A DNA stretch of 64,000 bases from Octopus vulgaris (lineage: Eukaryota). Shown piece after piece: positions 1 through 14,846 of the stretch. The position numbers and the translations under genes were made by a program. How positions within the stretch are numbered: position 1 is the stretch's first letter; each line of letters starts with the position of its first letter. The stretch is taken from contig OX597834.1 in NCBI GenBank assembly GCA_951406725.2, positions 29,264,001-29,328,000 on the forward strand, read 5' to 3'. Below the pieces are notes generated by a model that had not been told where the DNA came from, did not search any database, and saw nothing but the letters and a program-made list of their open reading frames with translations.

Positions 1-562
1 GCATCTTGGGTAAGTGTCTTCTGCTATAGCCCCGGGCCGACCAATGCCTTGTGAGTGGATTTGGTAGACGGAAACTGAAAGAAGCCTATCGTATATATGT
101 ATATATATATATTTATGTGTGTGTGTGTTTGTGTGTCTGTGTTTGTCCCCCTAGCATTGCTTGACAACCGATGCTGGTGTGTTTACGTCCCCGTCACTTA
201 GCAGTTCGGCAAAAGAGACCAATAGAATAAGTACTGGGCTTACAAAGAATAAGTCCCGGGGTCGATTTGCTCGACTAAAAAAAGGCGGTGCTCCAGCATG
301 GCCGCAGTCAAATGACTGAAACAAGTAAAAGAGTAAAAAGAGTATATATATTTATACATATACACACATTATGATAAAGGTAACTCTTTTCAACTATTCA
401 GATGGCTTCCAGTCCTCCATGTCAGCTAACTTTTTCTCAGCTATGGCCTTAATCTTTATGCTCTCCAATGCTGTTGATCATTCACCAATACATGAAGGCT
501 CTTCTTGAAAAATGAAGACAAAAAGACTGTAAAATTTAGCCTGACACCCAGTGTATGATATA

Positions 563-962
563 CTCTTTTACTCTTTTACTTGTTTCAGTCATTTGACTGC
601 GGCCATGCTGGAGCATTGCCTTTAATCGAGCAACTCGACCCCGGGACTTATTCTTTTGTAAGCCCAGTACTTATTCTATTGGTCTCTTTTTGCCGAACCG
701 CTAAGTAACGGGAACATAAACACACCGGCATTGGTTGTCAAGCAATGCTAGGGGGACAAACACAGACACACAAACACACACATGCATATATATATACATA
801 TGTACGACGGGCTTCTTTCAGTTTCCGTCTACCAAATCCACTCACAAGGCTTCGGTCGGCCCGAAGCTATTGTAGAAGACACTTGCCCAAGGTGCCACAC
901 AGTAGGACTGAACCCGGAACCGTGTGGTTGGTAAACAAACTACTTACCACACAGCCACTCCT
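563..962 (-). mobile_element. tRNA-derived SINE, family A (most abundant; (GTAAAAGA)n tail)
   Basis: Near-identical copies at 1-343(+), 23292-23718, 24880-25290, 27890-28300, 37525-37920, 48775-49180 (all -) and 63810-64000(+). Older copies near 7455, 8360, 21930, 26520, 26800, 34800, 38495, 58895 and 60820. A/B-box-like head tggctgtgtgg...ggttcagtccc. Confidence 0.9.
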
Positions 963-1872
963 GTACATATATATGAGAGAGAGATAAATGGTTATAGTTT
1001 TTTGTTATTTTCAAAACAACAGAAGTCATAATACAAGCTGATGGTTCATGCAAAACTTTACTACTCCAACGTATCTAATATTCAAGGAGTTTTCGTCAAC
1101 TAACTAAAAGTAATTGGTATGTCCCTATACATACATATATACATGTATGTATATTCATGCAGTTTTAGTTTCACGATACCAAGAGATATCTGTGGTTACA
1201 TCTCATTATGTTATCATTCCTGTTCCATTAGAAATGTCTCAATCTGATAACAGTAACTGATTCCTGTGGAGGTGGTGGTGGTGGTGGTGCTGGTTGTGAT
1301 GGTGGGAATGGTAGTGGAGTAGTGATGATGATGATGGTGATGGTGGTGCAGAGGAAAATTTTTTTAAATCTTAGTTTTCTTGTTGCTTGAATGTTTTTTC
1401 TTCAACAAGATATCCCTGTACTGATAGATTAAGTACCAGGCTGTAAAAGAAATAAGTATTGGGGCTGATTCATTCGACCAAAATTCTTCAAGGCGGTGCC
1501 CCAGTATGGCCACAGTCTAATGACCGAAACAAGGAAAGGATAAAAGATATACATATCCATACAAAACATACAAATACGTATTCACACATTTACACAGACA
1601 CACATACACATTGAGGAACACACACACAAATACACTTAAACACTCACACACAGACATAGACACGTAAAAAACTACACTTGAATACACACATGAATTTACT
1701 GAAGCTCATACATACACAAATACACCCACAAACATATATACACACATACACCCAAACACATGCATGTATGCATTCACACACATATACATACACTTATATG
1801 TACATACACATATGTATATAGTGTATACTGATGCATAGACAAACATATACATTTACTCACAGAAATACACAG

Positions 1873-1932
<60 letters not shown>

Positions 1933-2889
1933 ACATACACACATACACACACAGGCACACATAATTTCTCACATGCACACATAATATCTACACATACAAA
2001 TAAATTATATATATACATAACAAAAACACAACATATAAACCCCACAAAAATAAGGATCAACCCATCCCCTCCAGCTCCCCGTTATCTCTCACCCTTCCCA
2101 TATAACCCCCCATTCAATCCCGCCCCCCTAAAAAAACTTCACCTTATTTAAACACACTGGTGCTTTTTAATGTATTATCCATTGTATGAGAACTAATGCA
2201 TTTTTGCATCGCATTCATTTAGCGTGTGTTGCACTTATGCCAAGTTGTGTCCTGCAAAAACATGTTGGTGGTGGTGGTGGTGTTGGTGGCGATTGTGGTG
2301 GTGGCGGTGGTGGTGGTGGTGGTAGTGGTAGGTAATTGTGGCAGTGATAGTGTTGGTAATGGTGATGGAGGTGGTGGTGATGGTTGTCATGGTGTTGTTG
2401 TTGTTGGTGGTGGTGGTGTGAAGGTGGTGTAAAGACGACAATCGTTTCAGGGATGAGGTAAGGTCGGTATGGTCATGAAGAAGATTCATTTGTAGCCTTA
2501 GAGAAATCTAGATTGTTCTGGGGTACATTTTTTATTTTTTTTTTTTGCTTTTTTTTTGCTCTGTCATTTTTTGAATCACTTTCTTTTCATCCTACTTGTG
2601 AATATTTTTAATATTATTTTGTATGCTAGGTTGTTATATGGTAGTTGTTTTTGTTGTAGTTCTTCTTATTTTTCTTTATCTTTCAAATTTCTTCTTTCCA
2701 TTTCTTGCCAAGTGTCTTCCTGACACCTAGGGCAAAGAAACTCACTGTATACATTGGTAGACCCTTAAAATAAACACACCAGATTGTTCATTTACAAAGC
2801 CAAGTTACGCGATAGAAAAAAAAAAGAAAGAAAAACAAAACAAAACAAAGAAAATAAAGGGGGCAGAAAAAGGAAAGAAAATTCTCGGC

Positions 2890-4215
2890 AACAATGCTCT
2901 TCTCAAGACGTGTGACATATCAGTTAAAACAATCTTTTGCATCCTCAAATAATTTTCAGTTACCTTTCTTGATCATTCCAAGTGTTCCTACAATTATTGG
3001 TATTGTAACCATCTTTTCAATTTTAATTAGCAGATCTTTATATTTTCTTTTGGCGAGATATTATGATGACAAAGTCTACACAAGTACCCGTGCCAGTGGC
3101 ACGTAAAAGACACCCCACTACACTCTCGGAGTGGTTGGTGTTAGGAAGGGCATCCAGCTGTAGAAACCTTGCCAAATCATATTGGAACCTGGTGCAGCTC
3201 CTTGGCTTACCAGTTTTCAGTTAAACCATCCAACCCATGCCAGCATGGAAAATGGATGTTAAATGATGATGATAATGATGATGTTGATGATGTGTGTATG
3301 ATGTGTATGTACACTCATGAATGTGTGTTTATGTGTATGTCTACAATCATGAATGTGTGTTTATGTGTATGTCCTACAATCATTGGTATTGTAACCATCT
3401 TTTCAACTTTAATTAGCAGATCTTTATATTTTCTTTTGGTGAGATATTATGATGACAAGCAATGTTCATGTCAATCCCTAAACAGCTTTTATTGTTTTAG
3501 TCCTTCGCAACAATATCTGGTTTATTAGCTTTGATAATCTGGTCTGTATGTATTGGAAAGACCCAAAGAACCTCCGGGTGGCGCTTGTACCATTTGCCAG
3601 CAGTTTTGATTTTATAATGCCGGCATATTAACCAGTGTAAATATTGGCTAACTCTGTCATGTCTTGAGTTATACTCTACAGGTGCTAAAACTTTACACCC
3701 AGAGATTAGGTGGTCCACTGTTTCAATCTCACCATTGCAGTGTCAGCACTTTGGGTCTACGCCATTTTCAATCACAATGACGGTTGTGAGTCAACAAGAT
3801 CTGATCTTGAGAAGCTAAGATAAAGTCTTTGCTCTTGGCCTTTAGCCCTAAGCCCCATAGCCACTGATGGGTGTGCTTCTGGTCTACATCAGATTGTTTG
3901 CTACGGGCCACATATTTGCTCCCACCTGTCAGCCAGTTGCTCAAATGCATTTTGCTTTGCCATTGATTTCACCTTTTTTGGTGGGTATTATACATGAACT
4001 CATTAGCAAACTTTTTGCTCTTCTTCATGACAGAATGAAGTTTCTTATGTCTCTTGTGGTTGTCAATGAATTTTAGCATCCAGTCGTTAGATGTTTTAAG
4101 ATATTTTGCCAGTTCAGTTGTGGTTAATCTTGGATTTGCAGAATCCCAAATAGCATTGAATATACTTCCATTGATATCTGAATCAATTGTTTTTCTATTG
4201 ATTTGTGTCAAATTG
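2890..4215 (-). mobile_element. Decayed 3' part of an R4/Dong-like non-LTR retrotransposon (CCHC knuckle plus restriction-like endonuclease)
   Basis: Minus-strand fragments KC*HCNGEIETVDHLISGC...RHDRV...ANKPDIV, then KYKDLLI...IPxIVGTLG. Contains stops and frameshifts and is interrupted by a SINE at ~3085-3290. Confidence 0.8.
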
Positions 4216-4980
4216 CTTAGGTATTATTATATGTGCTGGGTTTCACCTTGATCTGCCACAATCTATTAAACATATACCTGTTAATCAATACACACATACA
4301 CACACACACATGTATTTGCATTCATATGTCATCATCATCATCATCAACTTCCACTTTCCCATGCTCTCATGGGTTGGCCAGAATTTGTTGTCATAAACTT
4401 CCTATCACTAGATGCCCCTGCTGTTGCCAACCCTCACCTGTTTCCAGGCAAGGTAATATCTCCCTGCCCCCCACCAAGACCAGACATGTTTTCACAGAAG
4501 ATAGGAAAGGAAGGACATCACTTTCATATAAAGGTACAAGAAATATGTGTTTGTGTGTGTGTGTATGTACAGGTGTATAGATATACATATATAAGTATAT
4601 ATTTTCTTATATAATATATACAGACTTACACACACATGCACACACACAGAGTCAAATTTCACAGAATTTCTCAGTTTCAAATATCACAATAACCTCAAAA
4701 CCAATTCTCCAACACCACTTTCTTTCGTTCTTTCTTTCCTCCTTTTGCCTGACTTCCATTTCTTGATATTTCTTCTTCGGTGGCAAGACCTCTCCAAGGA
4801 GAGGAGAACACATCTTGCCACTTTGTCTAATGATTCTAAAATTTCTTTAGAGTGTTGTAGACATTGTCTTGTACAAGACGATGGAATTGATGGGGCAAAG
4901 ACCACTTCAGTAAAAGCCATATACAAACATAATCAAACATGTAAGCTTATATGTGCATGTGTATGCATGTGCATAAATAA

Positions 4981-5057
<77 letters not shown>

Positions 5058-5595
5058 TGTATGTATGGATGGATGTCTTGTTGACTGGATGTAATTGTAT
5101 ATATTATGCACGAGAGGGGAGATGTATGTTGTGTATGTGGATATATATATTATATATATATATATCATATATATATATATATATATATAAGTATACAAAT
5201 ATATTTATATATATAGATTGAAATACATGTGCATCTCCATTGTTCAAATGTCATGAATCTATGAATCACATGAGTGAAATTGAGACAACCACACATTGAC
5301 ACACACATGCACACACATCTGCACACTTACGCTCTCACTACCTGTTCCACACACATACACTCAAATTAATGAATATATGCTTGCAAACTAGCATTTATAT
5401 ACAAATACAATACATCTGTCTATTTGTCGATCCATACCATTCGATCTTAAATTTATTTGTCCATCTCTCTCTCTCAATGTGTTTCTCTCTTTCTCTCTCT
5501 TATGTATGTATGTAGGTAGGTATCTATCTATCTATCAGCGCATCTGTATGCCAGTCTGTCTGTCTATCTGTGTAGCTACATATATATCTTTCCCG

Positions 5596-5596
<1 letters not shown>

Positions 5597-5663
<67 letters not shown>

Positions 5664-5668
5664 GTCTG

Positions 5669-5727
<59 letters not shown>

Positions 5728-5752
5728 GTCTGTCTATCTATCTATCTGTCTG

Positions 5753-5815
<63 letters not shown>

Positions 5816-5819
5816 CTCA

Positions 5820-5872
<53 letters not shown>

Positions 5873-5901
5873 CCTATCTATCTATCTATCTATCTATCTT
5901 G

Positions 5902-5955
<54 letters not shown>
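5597..5955 (+). repeat. (TATC)n microsatellite (also 11230-11370 and 15613-15875)
   Basis: Direct reading. Confidence 0.95.
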
Positions 5956-6244
5956 GTGTATCTATGTATTTATCCATTTATCTGTCCACTTGTCTGTCTG
6001 TTTGTCTTCACATTTTATACAACGAGGAGAAATATAACTCAATACATAAAGTATAAAACTAATCTTAATATATTTACAGATGAGAAGCTACATCAGTGGT
6101 TCAAAGTCTTCGAGTTTCATGGTTAAACATTTGTCAAATATTTTCAGATGAAATTTGAGATCTTTGAATGACTAATGTAACTTCCCAGCTACAAATTTTA
6201 CCTGTACACACACACACACACACAAACGTATGTGTGTTTATGTA

Positions 6245-6286
<42 letters not shown>

Positions 6287-6482
6287 TATATATATATATA
6301 CACATATATATATATATATATATATACATACATACACACATACATATTTATAAGTATATATTCATATATGTATACATACATATATGTATATACACACACA
6401 TACACATATATAGTTCAAATGTACAGAAAACAAAAAGAAAGACATGTGAGGGAACAACAATCAGGTGTATTAGTAAATATAT

Positions 6483-6580
<98 letters not shown>

Positions 6581-6602
6581 CTATTGTTGTTCCCTCACAT
6601 GT

Positions 6603-6663
<61 letters not shown>

Positions 6664-7654
6664 TATTTATATACACTCATACACATATGTATTTCTGTAC
6701 TTACAAGTCTATCCATTTATCATTGTTTCTATCTCTCTATGCATCTATCTACCTATCCATCTATATGTATGTGTATGCATGTGTGTATGTGTGTGTGTGT
6801 ATGTGCATGTGTGTGTGTGTATATTTACATACACACACTCACCTATTTCCTATTCATCTATATACACAGGGAACGATGATATTAAAAGCTAATGCAGGCT
6901 ATCATTAAATTCCCCAGCTTCACTTCTCAAACATTAATCTGAATATACTACATTTATAACCTTTTATTTTAGAGAGCTCCACTAGTGCTGTGATGAATGC
7001 ACCTGTCAAGATCATTTGAAAAGCATGCCTCTCAAACTTGTCTCTTTCTTTGCACACTGACACCACAACCACCACCGCCACCGCCACTGCCACCACCACT
7101 ACAATAACCACCATCACCACCACCACTCAGTTGCCAACTACACTATCACCCAAACAACCACAAAACTCACATCTGCCCACCCACAAAACTCTCTCTATTC
7201 TGATATATTCTGTTTATGAAAATTACCACCACCACCAACACCACCACCAACAACAACACCAGCACCACCAGAAACATACATCACTATCAACAACAACATC
7301 ATCAAGATCACCAACATCATCAAGATCATTGAGACAATGGAAGAGCTTCTATGTGGACATGCAATTCACTAGAAATAGCAACCAAAATCCTTCGAATTGT
7401 AAGGTATCCACTTAAAAGCAGGAAGGATACACTGGACGATATGTTTTGTTTTTTACGTGTTACTTGTTTCAGTCACTAGTGTGTGACCACGCTGGGGCAC
7501 TGCCTTGAAGGGTTTTTGTGAAACAAATCACCTGGCACTTATTCTATTGGTCTCTTTTGTCAAACCGCTAAGTTATGTGAACATAAACAAACCAACACAA
7601 GTTGTCAAGCATTGGTGAAGAACAAACACAAATACAATGACACACATGCATTTA

Positions 7655-7699
<45 letters not shown>

Positions 7700-8712
7700 C
7701 ATTGGTAGTTCATATATCCATGAAAGAAGCACACTTTAAACCATTAATATGTTTTTTCCAAGATGGTGGTGAGTTGACTGCATCGTTAGCACGCCAGGTG
7801 AAATGCTTAGCGGTATTTTGTCTGCCGTTACATTCTGAGTTCAAATTCCACCGAGGTCGACTTTGCCTTTCATCCTTTCGGAGTCAATTAAATAAGTACC
7901 AGTTATGCACTGGGGTTGATGTAATCGACCTATGTCTGTCCTGAAATAGGTATTTTGTCTGTCTTTACATTCAGAGTTCAAATTCCACCAAGGTCAACTT
8001 TGCCTTTCATCCTTTCGGAGTCAAATAAATAAGTACCAGTTATGCACTGGGGTTGATGTAATCGACCTATGTCTGTCCTTGTTTGTTCCCTCTATGTTTA
8101 GCCCCTTGTGAGTAATAAAGAAATAGGTATTTCGTCTGTCTTTACATTCAGAGTTCAAATTCCACCAAGGTCAACTTTGCCTCTCATCCTTTCAGGGTCA
8201 ATAAATTAAGTACCAGTTGTGTACTAGGGTTGATCGAATTGACTGCCCCCCACCTCATCCAAGATTTTGGGCTTTGTGCCTAGAGTAGAAAAAAAAAAAT
8301 TTTTTTTCAGGAAGTTGATTACTATGGCTTAAAACTTCCTGAAAAAAAATATAAATGACAGGTTTCTTTGAGTTTCCATCAACCAAAATCACTTGAATTT
8401 AGTTGAACCAGGGCTATAGTAGAAAACACCTACCCAAGGTACCATGCAGTAGGACTGAACTCAGAACCATGTGATTGAGAAGTAAGTGTCTTAGCACAAA
8501 ACCATGCCTGTGCCTTTGGAACTGAATATTTGGGACTAAATTGTGACAGGCTATTTAGACCTGAGAATTTGGGATTAGCTGATTGAACACTTGGTGCAGA
8601 ATAATTGTAATTGGATAGTTATGGTGGAAATTTCAAGATAGATAGTTTGGAACCAAATATTTAGAAATGAACAAAATCTTGGCCTTAATATTTACCTGAA
8701 ACCTTGTTTATA

Positions 8713-9102
8713 TCATCATCATCATCATCATCATCATCGTTTAATGTCCGCTTTCCATGCTAGCATGGGTTGGACAGTTCAACTGGGGTCTGGGGAGCCC
8801 GAAGGCTGCACCAGGCCAGTCAGATCTGGCAGTGTTTCTACAGCTGGATGCCCTTCCTAATGCCAACCACTCCGAGAGTGTAGTGGGTGATTTTATGTGC
8901 CATCGACACAGGTGCCAGATGAGGCTGGCGAACGGCCACGCTCGGATGGTGTTTTTTATGTGCCACCAACACAGACGAAGCTGGCAGACGGCCACACTCG
9001 GATGGTGTTTTTTATGTGCCACCGACACAGGTGCCAGACGAGGCTGGCGAACGGCCATGCTTGGATGGTGTTTTTTATGTGCCACCGACACAGGTGCCAG
9101 AC
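8713..9102 (-). mobile_element. RTE-related non-autonomous retroposon, family D ((GAT)n tail, tandem ~60-bp head units)
   Basis: Minus-strand motif tggttggc(g/a)ttaggaagggcatccagctgtagaaac, typical of RTE 5'-UTR-derived elements. Copies at 3085-3290(+), 16353-16628(-), 30308-30605(-), 46105-46290(-), 51237-51428(-) and 56423-56610(+). Confidence 0.75.
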
Positions 9103-10493
9103 GATTGGTTTTGTTTTGTGTCATTTATGGATGTAAAAACACAGTGTGCAGCTAAACAAGAACGAATCTGAATTAATCCACTTCAGAAAGGTATGCATAA
9201 GTGGGCTGGTTACACATAAGCGAAAAGTATGCATAAGTGGCATAGACCACGAGCTATGGTCTCACTTGGCTTGTCGGGTCTTCTCAAGCTCAGCATATCT
9301 CCAAAGATCTTGGTCACACCCAATGTTCAAAGGTCATGCTTCACCACTAGTGCTGGTGATGATGATGATGATGAAGTTCACATTCAGATGTTCTTTGGGA
9401 AAGCATGGAGCTGAGTATTGTTATACCTTGTCCAGTTGGCTAGAGTGATGGTGGCGAGGGTGGTGGTTGTGGGAATGAAGTATTAAAGATGAAAGTAATG
9501 AAGGTGATGGTGAAAAGGAATGTGTGTGAATACGGAGGGGGGGAGTGTGCTGAGGATGTTGGGGAACATTTGTTTTATTTCTGTGCTTTTTGAGGTAGTG
9601 GGGGAGGCGCTTTTTTTTAAATATTAATCTATTTTTAATTGAGATTTCTTTATTTTTTTCAACACCCTTCATCACCACCAACACTGACTGCAAACCATCA
9701 TTACTAATGTTACCACCACCACCACCACCACCACTACCATCACTGCCAATACCACCTCATCACCATGGGTTACCACAACCACTACCACAATCAACATTAA
9801 CATCACCATCTTTAGAAGCACATTCACCACTGCACTACAACAGTGACTACCACCACCACCACCACCACTGCCAATACCACCTCATCATCATGGGTTACCA
9901 CAACCACTACCACAATCAACATTAATATCACCATCACTAGAAGCACATTCACCACTGCACTACAACAGTGACTACCACCACCACCACAAAGTCTGTTGTC
10001 ATTATTATTATCACTCAGTATCAAGGAATTATGAATTTCCTTTTTAAGGACAGCCTTGGTATTGATGGCGATAGTGGTGGAGACGAAGATGGTGGTGGTG
10101 GTGGTGGTGGTGAGGTACACTTATGACTTTTGGCTGGCATCAGCTGTATTTGATCCTGTTCCCTTGTTGGTCAGAGAGTTTATCCTGGGCCAGATGTTCA
10201 CCAGAATCTCATTAAGTTGTATCAACAGAGTGGGATGGGGTGGGGGGAGACAGAGAAACAATGAGTGATAGAGATATAGACAGAGTAATAGAGGGAGACA
10301 GAATGTATGAGAGTGATGAGAGTGATGAGAGAGTTGGAGAGATGTGGTCACATGACCTGACATAGTGAGAGGTACTGAAAGAAGGAAAGAGTGGAAGAAA
10401 GAGAGACGGAGAGAAGCAGGAAAACACAGACAGACAGACAGACAGACCAATAGGGATAACGACCAAGATAGACAGACACACAGACAGAGAATA

Positions 10494-10495
<2 letters not shown>

Positions 10496-10527
<32 letters not shown>

Positions 10528-10709
10528 ATGTCTATACGTGTACTTGTGCATGTATATGGATGTGTGTGTGCGTGTGAGAGAGAGGTGTGTGTGTGAGAGA
10601 GGTGTGTGTGTGTGAGAGAGAGGTGTGTGTGTGTGTGAGGTGTGTGTGTGTGAGAGAGGTGTGTGAGAGGTGTGTGTGTGAGAGAGAGAGGGGTGTGTGT
10701 GTGTGTGAG

Positions 10710-10753
<44 letters not shown>

Positions 10754-10908
10754 TGTGTGTGTGTGAGTGTGTGTGTGTGTGAGAGAGTGTGTGAGAGGTG
10801 TGTGTGTGAGAGAGAGAGGGGTGTGTGTGTGTGTGTGAGGTGTGTGTGTGTGTGTGAGAGGTGTATCTGTGTGTGTGAGGTGTGTGTGTGTGTGTGGTGC
10901 GTGTGTGT
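10496..10908 (+). repeat. Compound (GT)n/(GA)n microsatellite
   Basis: Direct reading. Large compound (TA)n/(TG)n tracts also lie at ~14335-14570, 32480-32900, 35705-36152 and 53720-54215. Confidence 0.95.
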
Positions 10909-11234
10909 ACAAGGGTATATGATTATGAAACATCCAGATGGCAAGATGGCTCTCAATGTTAATTATATCCACACATTAACCTTTCTGTTTTGATTCCAGA
11001 ATTCCACTCTGGTGCTACAATAGTCTTCCTTTATCTGTGGGTTTCACAACTGTTTTACCCTTTGATGGTAAATTGGTACAGTCATTAAGAGGGGTATTCC
11101 TTCTGGTGCTCTGCACTGTGAGTTCAAGTTACATCAAAAGCAACTCTGCCCTTCGTTCTTCTGAGGTCAAGAAATCCAAAATTGGATCGATTGTATTCTC
11201 TCTCTCTCCCTCTGTTTCTCTTTTTTTTCTATCC

Positions 11235-11310
<76 letters not shown>

Positions 11311-11437
11311 ATCTATCTATCTATCTATCCATCTATCAATCTATCTATCTATCTGTTTGTCTATCTATCTTTTTACTCATGTGTATCAATGTATCTGTCT
11401 ATCGATGTATCTATCAATCTATATCTAGCTATCTTTC

Positions 11438-11486
<49 letters not shown>

Positions 11487-11531
11487 ATGTGTGTATGTGT
11501 GTATGTATGTATGTATGTATGTTTCTATCTC

Positions 11532-11563
<32 letters not shown>

Positions 11564-13572
11564 ATCTATCTATCTACCAACCCTTCTATCTATGTTTATT
11601 GCTCAGTCTATCAATCTATTTATCTCTCTCTCATTCTATCTATATCTCACTTTCTATATAACATTCTACCTATATATCTATTTATCTTTCTAGCAATCTA
11701 TGTATATCTATTTATCTATCTATCTACCTGTCTATCAATCTATTTCTCTTTCTGCATTTAAACGTAATTTTTAAAACTTCGGCTTCACCACACACCTTAC
11801 CATTCTGATTCAGCTAAATAACTACATTATATGTATCCATAACTGTAGGATATTCAGTCACTACTTATGTATTAATTTCACAAGTAAGAATCCACTTGTT
11901 TGGTTAATTAAAGTACCTGTCCCTAAATTAACACATAAATAAATGGCCAAGCAATGATGATGGTAGTTTCCCATTGTTCAAGAAAGACGGTTCTTGCAAT
12001 TTCTTGCTGAAAAGCTTGCACAGATAATTTTGTGGTTATAAAGATGAAATGTTTGTGCTTTACATCAGCTCACCTGTCCCTCCATCAAATCGATGTTGTC
12101 TGAACAGGTGGATGGTGTACCTCACATTAGGTGTTGAAGTGATTGCTGAGCATCAGGAGATGAAGTGTTTTGCTCAAGAATACAACACACCACCTGGTCC
12201 AGGAATTGAAACCACAATCTCTAGGCCCTGCACCCTCACTAAATGGCCAAGTATTCCACAAACACAAGTACCCTTAATTTATCTCTCAGGTACAATCAGC
12301 ACAACTTGATATTTGATAGAGTTGTACTTTGTTGAATTTATTGTCTTCCTATATTTTGAATTATATCTACAATATGCTTGTCAAGCTTCAGTACAGTTTC
12401 CGTCAACCCAATTTCACTTACATAGTACACGTCAAAGTGAGGTTATAGAAAAATAACAAAACATAAACACTTATAATATTAACAGGACATGAGATGACCC
12501 TCCATACTGCATACTGTCAACACCATCACTGGCAAAACCATTGACAATACCAACAGGACCACCACTACTATCACCGCCTACACCATTATAAGCACCAACA
12601 CAACTACCAAGAACAGTAAGACCACACCAACAACAACAGTAACATCTCCAAAACACATAGAAAGACAACCACCACCACCACCGTCACTAATACCACCTTC
12701 AACATCAACACCAACAATAACAAAAACAAGAAGACCATGATCAACTTCTCTACCACCACCACAACCACCACCACCACCATTGCACCAAAAACATTCCCAA
12801 TGAATACTACTACTGCTACACCTACTACCACCACCACCACCACCACCACCACCACCATCACCACTACCACCTCCACCACCACCACCACCACCACAAACAC
12901 TGAGACCCTCAGCAGCACCACTATCAACAACACCACCCCCACCAGCACCGACACCGACATCATCATCATCATCACCATCACCATCACCAGTGCCAACAGC
13001 AAAGTCTGGATCTTTTCTGTAAAGACATGCAATGGTCCATTCCAGCTGCTATTTTACTGAATGTCAGAAGATTTGAGAACAGGAGAGGGGTAGTAGGTGG
13101 AATTGGTGGCGGTGGGGGGGGGGATGGTTGTGGTGGTGGTGGTGGTGATCGTGGCATTAGTGGTGCTTGCAGGGGGTAATGCAAGTGGGTAAGGGGGCTG
13201 ACGGTAATGTTGGTGGCGGCGGCGGCATCGGTAGTGGTGAGGTTGTGGTGGTGGTGGTGGTGGTGGTGGTGGTGGTGGTGGTGGTGGTGGTGGTGGCATT
13301 GGTGGAGGCGGACGGATGGGAAAAAAGAAGACAAAGTAAAATTCCCATGAATAATCCGTTTGTCTCTTTCTGTTTATGTGAAGCAGACGTGTGTCCGGGG
13401 GGAGGGGGAGGAGATGGGAAGGGGACAGAGAAAAGCTAAGCCTTTTGCAGTAAAGAACTCACACCAATCATCCTACCCCAACCCCAGAATTAAAAGACGA
13501 AATATGCTGGACTGAGCATCTGTATACATATACACATATATACATACATGTGTGTGTGTATACGTATATATC

Positions 13573-13603
<31 letters not shown>

Positions 13604-13649
13604 TAAACGGCGGTACATCAGCATGGCCGCAGCTCTGAGCTGAAACTAG

Positions 13650-13705
<56 letters not shown>

Positions 13706-14330
13706 ATATATATATGTTTGTGTACAAGTATGTATGTACATGCAAGCATGTATTTATATATGGACATATATACACTTGCATTAAATACCCATATATACAC
13801 ACACACATGTGGGTTTATATATGTATGTCTCTTTATATATAAATGTATATACACACACATACATAGACTTGTACATATGTGTATAAGCGAAGACAAAGGG
13901 ATATTTTTTTAAAGATGCAATAATTAGAAAAAAAAATATAATAAAATAGTTGTAGCGAGGAAAATAACAGTTTAGCAACATGGAAATAACAACAACATAG
14001 CAACAAAAATATTAGGATAACAACAACAATAAGAAAAACAAGGTTGCTGAGAGAGAAAAACAACAACAATAAAACAAAAGCAAAAATGACAAGAACATCA
14101 ACAGAAAGAAAGAAAAAATTTTAAAAAATTATCAAAACTAAAAACTGCAACTATAAAATAACAACAAATAAAAACTAAAAAAAATATTAAGTACAGTGAA
14201 ACAACAAACAACAATAATAAAAAAAACCTAGCTATAACAACAACAACAACAACAAAGATGACAATAATGCCAACAACAACAACAACAATAGCAAGAAGGA
14301 ATGCTTCAAAATAAACCAAAAACAACATGC

Positions 14331-14373
<43 letters not shown>

Positions 14374-14480
14374 TATATATATATATATACATTTATATAC
14401 ATATATATACATATATACATATATACATATATATACATTTATATATATATATACATATATATACATATATACATATATAC

Positions 14481-14566
<86 letters not shown>

Positions 14567-14801
14567 GCTCATATGCATATACATAAGCAATATAAATAGG
14601 TATAATAAATATTTGGCAATAACGATGAAATAAGATGGACACTGTCGGAAATATTGATAAATTATGGATGTCAGAAGGATGATGATGGAGGTGGTGGTGG
14701 TGTGGAAGGTGAGGATGGGGGTTTGGTGGATGATAAGTGGTGGGGAGAGATGCAGTGTATTATGATGTTAGTTATTAAATGTGTGCTTGTGTATTCATGT
14801 T

Positions 14802-14846
<45 letters not shown>

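Noticed and set aside
8890-9102. CRISPR-like repeat array
   Set aside because: The units are tandem repeats without unique spacers, in a eukaryotic context with no cas genes.
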